A DNA stretch of 64,000 nucleotides, taken from Dehalococcoidia bacterium (GTDB taxonomy: Bacteria > Chloroflexota > Dehalococcoidia > GIF9 > AB-539-J10). The stretch covers positions 5,327 to 69,326 of the forward strand of contig JAUWYX010000007.1 in NCBI GenBank assembly GCA_030615625.1, written 5' to 3'. A model generated the notes under the pieces. That model saw only the letters and a program-made list of their open reading frames with translations, was not told the DNA's origin and did not search any database. A program made the position numbers and the translations under genes. This document shows positions 59,540 through 64,000 of the stretch, piece after piece. Position 1 is the stretch's first letter, and each line of letters opens with the position of its first letter.

Positions 59540-59616
59540 TGGTGGGCCATGATGGACTCGAACCATCGACCCCGGCCTTATCAGGACCGTGCTCTAACCA
59601 ACTGAGCTAATGGCCC
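59540..59616 (-). tRNA. tRNA-Ile (GAT)
   Basis: GGGCCATTAGCTCAGTTGGTTAGAGC..CT-GAT-AA..GGTTCGAGTCC..GGCCCACCA, with an encoded CCA and its own TTGACA/TATATT promoter. Confidence 0.97.
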
Positions 59617-59662
59617 TTAGCAGTTAAAATATAGCCTTTGTGGTAAGCGACTGTCAAGCTAT

Positions 59663-60835
59663 TCAAACCATGGACATGAATATTCCAGCAACCACTGAGG
59701 TGGCGATGGCACCCGCCATATTGGGCCCCATGGCGTGCATCAGCAAGAAGTTTCTGGGGTTCGCCTTTTGCCCCTGTACCTGAGCTACCCTGGCTGCCAT
59801 GGGAACCGCCGAGACACCTGCTGCACCAATCAACGGATTTATCTTCTCTTTTAAGAATAAATTGGCTATTTTCGCTCCCCAGATGCCGCCAGCGGTACCA
59901 AAGGCAAAGGCTACTACAGCCAGACCAATAATTATCAAAGTCTTGGGATTCAAGAATACCGCCGCCGGCATCAGTGCCCCAACGGTCAGCCCTAACAAAA
60001 ATGTTGGTACATCTACGAATACGCCACCTGCTGATGTTGCTAACCTATCAGTAACGCCGGTAACAGAAAGTAAATTGCCAAACATAAGCATGCCGATAAG
60101 AGGTGCTGAGGCAGGGACAAGTAAAGCGGACACCACGAAGACGGCTATAGGGAATATGACCTTCTCTAACTTGGAAACCTCTCGCATCTGGGGCTTCATA
60201 TATATCTGGCGCTCCTTCTTCGAGGTAAGCAGCCTTATTACCGGTGGCTGGAGTATGGGTACCAGCGCCATATAAGAATAAGCTACCAGCGTAATAGGGC
60301 CCAGCAACTGGGGCGCCTTAGCTACGGTAAGGTAAACCGCAGGAGGACCATCGGAGCCCCCGATAATACCAACACAGATGGCTTCGTTGATGGTGAACCA
60401 TCCTGTAAGGTAAGCAATAAGGAATACAATGAAAACTCCTAGCTGTGCCGTAGCCCCGAACATAAAAGACAAGGGGCGAGCTATAGCTGGGGAGAAATCC
60501 GACATGGCACCAATTCCGAGGAAGATAAGTAAGGGAATTATTTTGCTCTCTAACCCATACCGGTAAAGCAAGTTTAAGAGTCCTATTTTCCCTTCGGCTA
60601 TCTCCTTCAGTCCGCCTGAGGCTGGCAGTGGGATAGCACCGGGCTCTGCTGGGGCATAAACCATTAATCCAGCAAAGGGTATATTAACCATCATGATGCC
60701 TAGACCGATGGGTACTAATAAAACGGGCTCCATCTTCTTGGCTACGCCAAGATAGATGAGGCCACCCCCGATGAAGAGCATCAGGATATTGCCCCAGGTT
60801 AACCCGCCAAAAGCCATTTCGTATAAGCCAAACAT
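59663..60835 (-). CDS. oadB: Na+-translocating decarboxylase beta subunit (OadB/MmdB/GcdB family)
   Basis: Motifs EPVLLVPIG, GAMSDF, IIGGSDGP, AYSYMALVP, GVSAVPMAARV and MHAMGPN. Confidence 0.92.
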   Translation of the reverse strand: MFGLYEMAFGGLTWGNILMLFIGGGLIYLGVAKKMEPVLLVPIGLGIMMVNIPFAGLMVYAPAEPGAIPLPASGGLKEIAEGKIGLLNLLYRYGLESKIIPLLIFLGIGAMSDFSPAIARPLSFMFGATAQLGVFIVFLIAYLTGWFTINEAICVGIIGGSDGPPAVYLTVAKAPQLLGPITLVAYSYMALVPILQPPVIRLLTSKKERQIYMKPQMREVSKLEKVIFPIAVFVVSALLVPASAPLIGMLMFGNLLSVTGVTDRLATSAGGVFVDVPTFLLGLTVGALMPAAVFLNPKTLIIIGLAVVAFAFGTAGGIWGAKIANLFLKEKINPLIGAAGVSAVPMAARVAQVQGQKANPRNFLLMHAMGPNMAGAIATSVVAGIFMSMV

Positions 60836-60862
60836 CTTAAGTTATACCTCGATCAATTAAAT

Positions 60863-61000
60863 TCAGCCCTTATCCCTTGGGGCTCTTCTTCGTACCACAA
60901 GCCCTATTATCCAGATTATAATACATAGAATCGCCAGGATGAGGAGGGTAGATCCAAAACCACCACCAGCGATTTTTGCGATTAATTCCCAGTCTATCAT
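60863..61000 (-). CDS. Small single-TM OadG/MmdD-like subunit (not in the ORF track)
   Basis: MIDWELIAKIAGGGFGSTLLILAILCIIIWIIGLVVRRRAPRDKG*, located directly upstream of the beta subunit. Confidence 0.72.
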   Translation of the reverse strand: MIDWELIAKIAGGGFGSTLLILAILCIIIWIIGLVVRRRAPRDKG

Positions 61001-61001
61001 C

Positions 61002-61475
61002 CTAGCCTTCTTCCCTTTCCTGCCAGACAAGAGCAGCCGTATGCTTTATGACTTCGTAACTAAAACCGCGGTAAGCAAGGTAACTTGATAGACGTCGGTA
61101 AAAGTCTGGATAATCGAGATAGGCAAGGGCAGGCATCCGACTAGAGCCTAGCTTATAAGCAATCTCTTCGTCATCTATGTCCTCAGTCACCTGTTCAATG
61201 ATTTCTGCGGCTACTTTTTTATCTCTTAATTCCTTTTTTATCAATCTTTTGCTCTTAGGCCTGAATGATAAGCGGTTATCCTTCCAGAATTGGGCGAAGG
61301 TAAGATCATCGATCAAGTTTTGCTCCCTGAGTTTGACAATTGTTTTCTCTGCCACTTCATTAGCAAAACCGCGCCGGTGAAGCCACTGCCTGATTTCCCC
61401 TTCGCTGCGCGGGCGATAACTGAGATAATAGTAGGCTGTATTGAGACAGTCCTGCAAGGAATTATTATCTGTCAA
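61002..61475 (-). CDS. recX: Regulatory protein RecX
   Basis: Motifs LSYRPRSEGE, IDDLTFA and YLAYRGF. Follows recA. Confidence 0.93.
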   Translation of the reverse strand: MTDNNSLQDCLNTAYYYLSYRPRSEGEIRQWLHRRGFANEVAEKTIVKLREQNLIDDLTFAQFWKDNRLSFRPKSKRLIKKELRDKKVAAEIIEQVTEDIDDEEIAYKLGSSRMPALAYLDYPDFYRRLSSYLAYRGFSYEVIKHTAALVWQEREEG

Positions 61476-61496
61476 CTGGCTTCTTCCTGAATCACA

Positions 61497-62534
61497 TCAA
61501 TCTTCTTGTGATAAGGTTTCTGAACCTTTTTCGAGAGAGATGCTGGGAATAGCTGTTGAAGCTCTTATTGTGCTTTCTAGTTGTGCAGCTAGTTCAGGGT
61601 GCTGCCTCAGGTAATCCTTGGCATTTTCCCTGCCCTGCCCCAACTTCGTATCACCGTAAGTAAAGAAGGCACCAGCTTTCTTTATCACACCTGTTGCCAC
61701 CCCAAGGTCAACCAAATTTCCCTCCTTGCTTATCCCGTGATTAAACATAATATCAAATTCAGCGCTGCGGAAGGGAGGAGCTACCTTATTCTTAACCACC
61801 CTGGCCCTTACCCTTGTGCCTACCATTTCTGTGCCCTGCTTGATGGATTCACGCCGCCTTAAATCTATCCTCACCGAACTATAGAACTTAAGCGCCCTTC
61901 CCCCGGGAGTTACCTCCGGATTACCGAAAACAATGCCCACCTTTTCTCGCAACTGGTTAATGAAAATAACCGCTGTTTTAGACTTACTGATAGCAGCACT
62001 CAATTTTCTCAGTGCCTGGGACATCAATCGTGCCTGCAAACCAACATGGGCATCGCCCATCTCGCCTTCTATCTCAGCTCTGGGCGCTAGGGCGGCCACA
62101 CTGTCGATGACTACTACATCTACAGCACCGCTTCTCACCAGGGTTTCAGTAATTTCCAGGGCTTGCTCGCCGGTGTCAGGTTGGGAGATAAGTAAATCGC
62201 GCAGGTTGACACCGCAGTTAGCGGCATATCTAGGGTCAAAGGCATGCTCAACATCAATATATGCAGCAATACCGCCAGTTTTTTGAGTTTCAGCGATTAT
62301 ATGCTGGGCGAGGGTAGTTTTACCTGAAGCCTCAGAACCAAATATCTCGGTAACTCGCCCTTTAGGTATGCCACCTATTCCTAAAGCCAGATCGAGAGCC
62401 AGTGCCCCGGTGGAAATGGCATCTCCAGCTACTCTGGCTGGAGCTTCGCCTAACTTCATAATCGAACCCTTGCCATATTGCCTCTCGATTTGCTCAATGG
62501 CCAATTCGACTGCCTTCTCTTTCTCAGTAGCCAC
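61497..62534 (-). CDS. recA: Recombinase RecA
   Basis: Motifs [31 protein letters not shown] and ALKFY. Confidence 0.98.
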   Translation of the reverse strand: MATEKEKAVELAIEQIERQYGKGSIMKLGEAPARVAGDAISTGALALDLALGIGGIPKGRVTEIFGSEASGKTTLAQHIIAETQKTGGIAAYIDVEHAFDPRYAANCGVNLRDLLISQPDTGEQALEITETLVRSGAVDVVVIDSVAALAPRAEIEGEMGDAHVGLQARLMSQALRKLSAAISKSKTAVIFINQLREKVGIVFGNPEVTPGGRALKFYSSVRIDLRRRESIKQGTEMVGTRVRARVVKNKVAPPFRSAEFDIMFNHGISKEGNLVDLGVATGVIKKAGAFFTYGDTKLGQGRENAKDYLRQHPELAAQLESTIRASTAIPSISLEKGSETLSQED

Positions 62535-62659
62535 TCCTTAAATATTGTATCATGGGGACTATAACCCAATCAATGGGGAAATAATGCAGGGCCCTTTTTA
62601 GCGTGAAAATTTGCCTTAGTTTACTATTGTCGCTAAAAATCGAAGCTTTTCAAGGGCAA

Positions 62660-63298
62660 CTACTTATAGCCTAGGAGTTCCTCCAAGCCTTTAGCTTGTT
62701 CCACGTGATAAGGGCCCACTCTAGTGCGGCGAACTTCCACTACAGTAGCGCCCACCCCGAGTTTCTCTCCGATATCATGAGCAAGACTTCTAACGTAAAA
62801 TCCTGAAGACACCTCACAGGCAAAAGCGAAATAGGGAAACTGGAACTCCTTGAGTTCCAGAGAATAAATGCTTACCTTTTTAGGTGGTATATCTACGATG
62901 ATACCCTTTCTGGCTAGTTGGTAAGCTTTTTGACCTGCCATTTTTTTAGCTGAAAACGGTGGAGGGGTCTGCCAAATATCACCATAAAATTCCTTCAAGA
63001 CCCTTTCCAATTCCTCTCTGGTTACTTCGTTATCGCTTCGCCGCAAAACCCTTCCTTCAGAGTCAAAGGTATCTGTCTCGATACCGAGAACAGCCTTAAC
63101 TTCGTAAGCCTTGTCCAGCTTAAGAAACAAAGAGGCGTTTTTCGTCCGCTTGCCGGTGAGAATAACTAAAAGCCCCGTAGCTAGGGGGTCTAAGGTCCCC
63201 GTATGACCAGCCTTCACGTTGAATTTCTTTTTTATCCGCTGTACCACTCGGGAAGAGGTAAGCCCTTTAGGCTTGTCCACCAGTAACATTTCGTCCAT
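62660..63298 (-). CDS. truB: tRNA pseudouridine(55) synthase TruB
   Basis: Motifs DKPKGLTS, GHTGTLDPLATG, QTPPPFSA and SGFYVRSL. Confidence 0.94.
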   Translation of the reverse strand: MDEMLLVDKPKGLTSSRVVQRIKKKFNVKAGHTGTLDPLATGLLVILTGKRTKNASLFLKLDKAYEVKAVLGIETDTFDSEGRVLRRSDNEVTREELERVLKEFYGDIWQTPPPFSAKKMAGQKAYQLARKGIIVDIPPKKVSIYSLELKEFQFPYFAFACEVSSGFYVRSLAHDIGEKLGVGATVVEVRRTRVGPYHVEQAKGLEELLGYK

Positions 63299-63350
63299 CC
63301 CCCTAAGTATACCGAAAAACCTGGAGCTTATCACTCCCCATTTTAGGTTT

Positions 63351-63476
63351 TGTCATTGCGAGGCTGAGGAAGTCAGCCGAAGCAATCTGGGAGGTGGTAA
63401 TGAGATTGCCGCGCACCTTTCAGGTGCTCGCAATGACAAGTGAGGTGCTCGCAATGACAGCCCGCTGGCAATGACA
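63351..63476. repeat. REP/MITE-like palindromic element with a reiterated right end
   Basis: TGTCATTGCGAG...GCAATCT...AGATTGC...CTCGCAATGACA, followed by two further GCAATGACA copies. Confidence 0.75.
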
Positions 63477-63614
63477 AAAGAGGTGCATGGTAAATCAAAC
63501 AACTACAAAAATCTGGGCGAGATACGCTGCTTTACTTCGATTTTCTCAATGGATATGCTAAGCTGATTATGATACACCAGGTGAAATCCTACTATTTTTG
63601 ATTTCGGTATCGGA

Positions 63615-64000
63615 ATGGTAAAGCTTACGTTCTACGGAGGCGTCAGGGAAATCGGAGGCAATAAAATCCTCCTTGAAGATGATAAGGGGAAGCTTTTCCT
63701 GGACTTTGGCTATCCCTATAGTAAGTATCGAGTCTTCTACGAGGAATATTTAAAGCCTCGACCCGGAGCAGGACTCCTCGACCTGTTAGTAATGGGGCTG
63801 CTTCCCCAGCTTGAGGGCATTTACCGCACTGATTTAGAGACAGAAAACCTGTGGCAGCAGTTTCGCCGAGCCGAGCATTATCGCAAACTTGAGGATATAG
63901 ATGGAATTTTGTTAACCCACGCCCATCTCGACCACTCAGGCCACATATCTTTCCTGAGAGAGGACATTTCGGTATATGCCACTGCGACCACAGCATTTAT
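63615..64000 (+). CDS. MBL/beta-CASP (RNase J-like) metallohydrolase, truncated by the window end
   Basis: MVKLTFYGGVREIGGNKILL..LDFG..THAHLDH, with no stop codon before the window end. Confidence 0.85.
   Translation, partial: MVKLTFYGGVREIGGNKILLEDDKGKLFLDFGYPYSKYRVFYEEYLKPRPGAGLLDLLVMGLLPQLEGIYRTDLETENLWQQFRRAEHYRKLEDIDGILLTHAHLDHSGHISFLREDISVYATATTAF

Noticed and set aside
57780-59540. Integrative element at tRNA-Ile
   Set aside because: There is no integrase, and only a weak resemblance (AATGGGGCTCAATGG near 57786) to the tRNA 3' end, which is insufficient for an att duplication.
62535-62660. LexA/SOS box upstream of recA
   Set aside because: No GAAC-N4-GTTC palindrome was found.

Overview
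This is a 64-kb chromosomal stretch from an anaerobic bacterium, most consistent with Dehalococcoidia (Chloroflexota); that taxonomy is inferred from gene content and protein style, not from a marker search. Core genes include rplY, rluD-lspA-traR/dksA, hrcA-grpE-dnaK with a CIRCE operator, glyA, prs, secA, recA-recX, truB and a stand-alone tRNA-Ile. They are interleaved with a Moco-riboswitch-led tungstate ABC transporter/moaAC operon and other pterin-cofactor genes, a complete 14-gene Pyrococcus-type Mrp-linked membrane [NiFe] hydrogenase (mbhA-N) with hypAB and a protease, acyl-CoA metabolism genes, two repeat-rich surface proteins, and a Trp T-box-controlled trp operon. The most unusual observations are these. 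(1) The Moco riboswitch SD appears to drive a 23-aa leader ORF that reads through an intrinsic terminator, suggesting a riboswitch-attenuator hybrid. (2) trpG has collapsed to a ~90-bp scar inside an otherwise intact trp operon. (3) The mbh operon has the archaeal gene order. (4) There are two small candidate defence genes, an EVE-nuclease and a HEPN-like protein. (5) A 14-blade RCC1-repeat surface protein has variation focused in two loops. No CRISPR array, integrase or transposase was seen.
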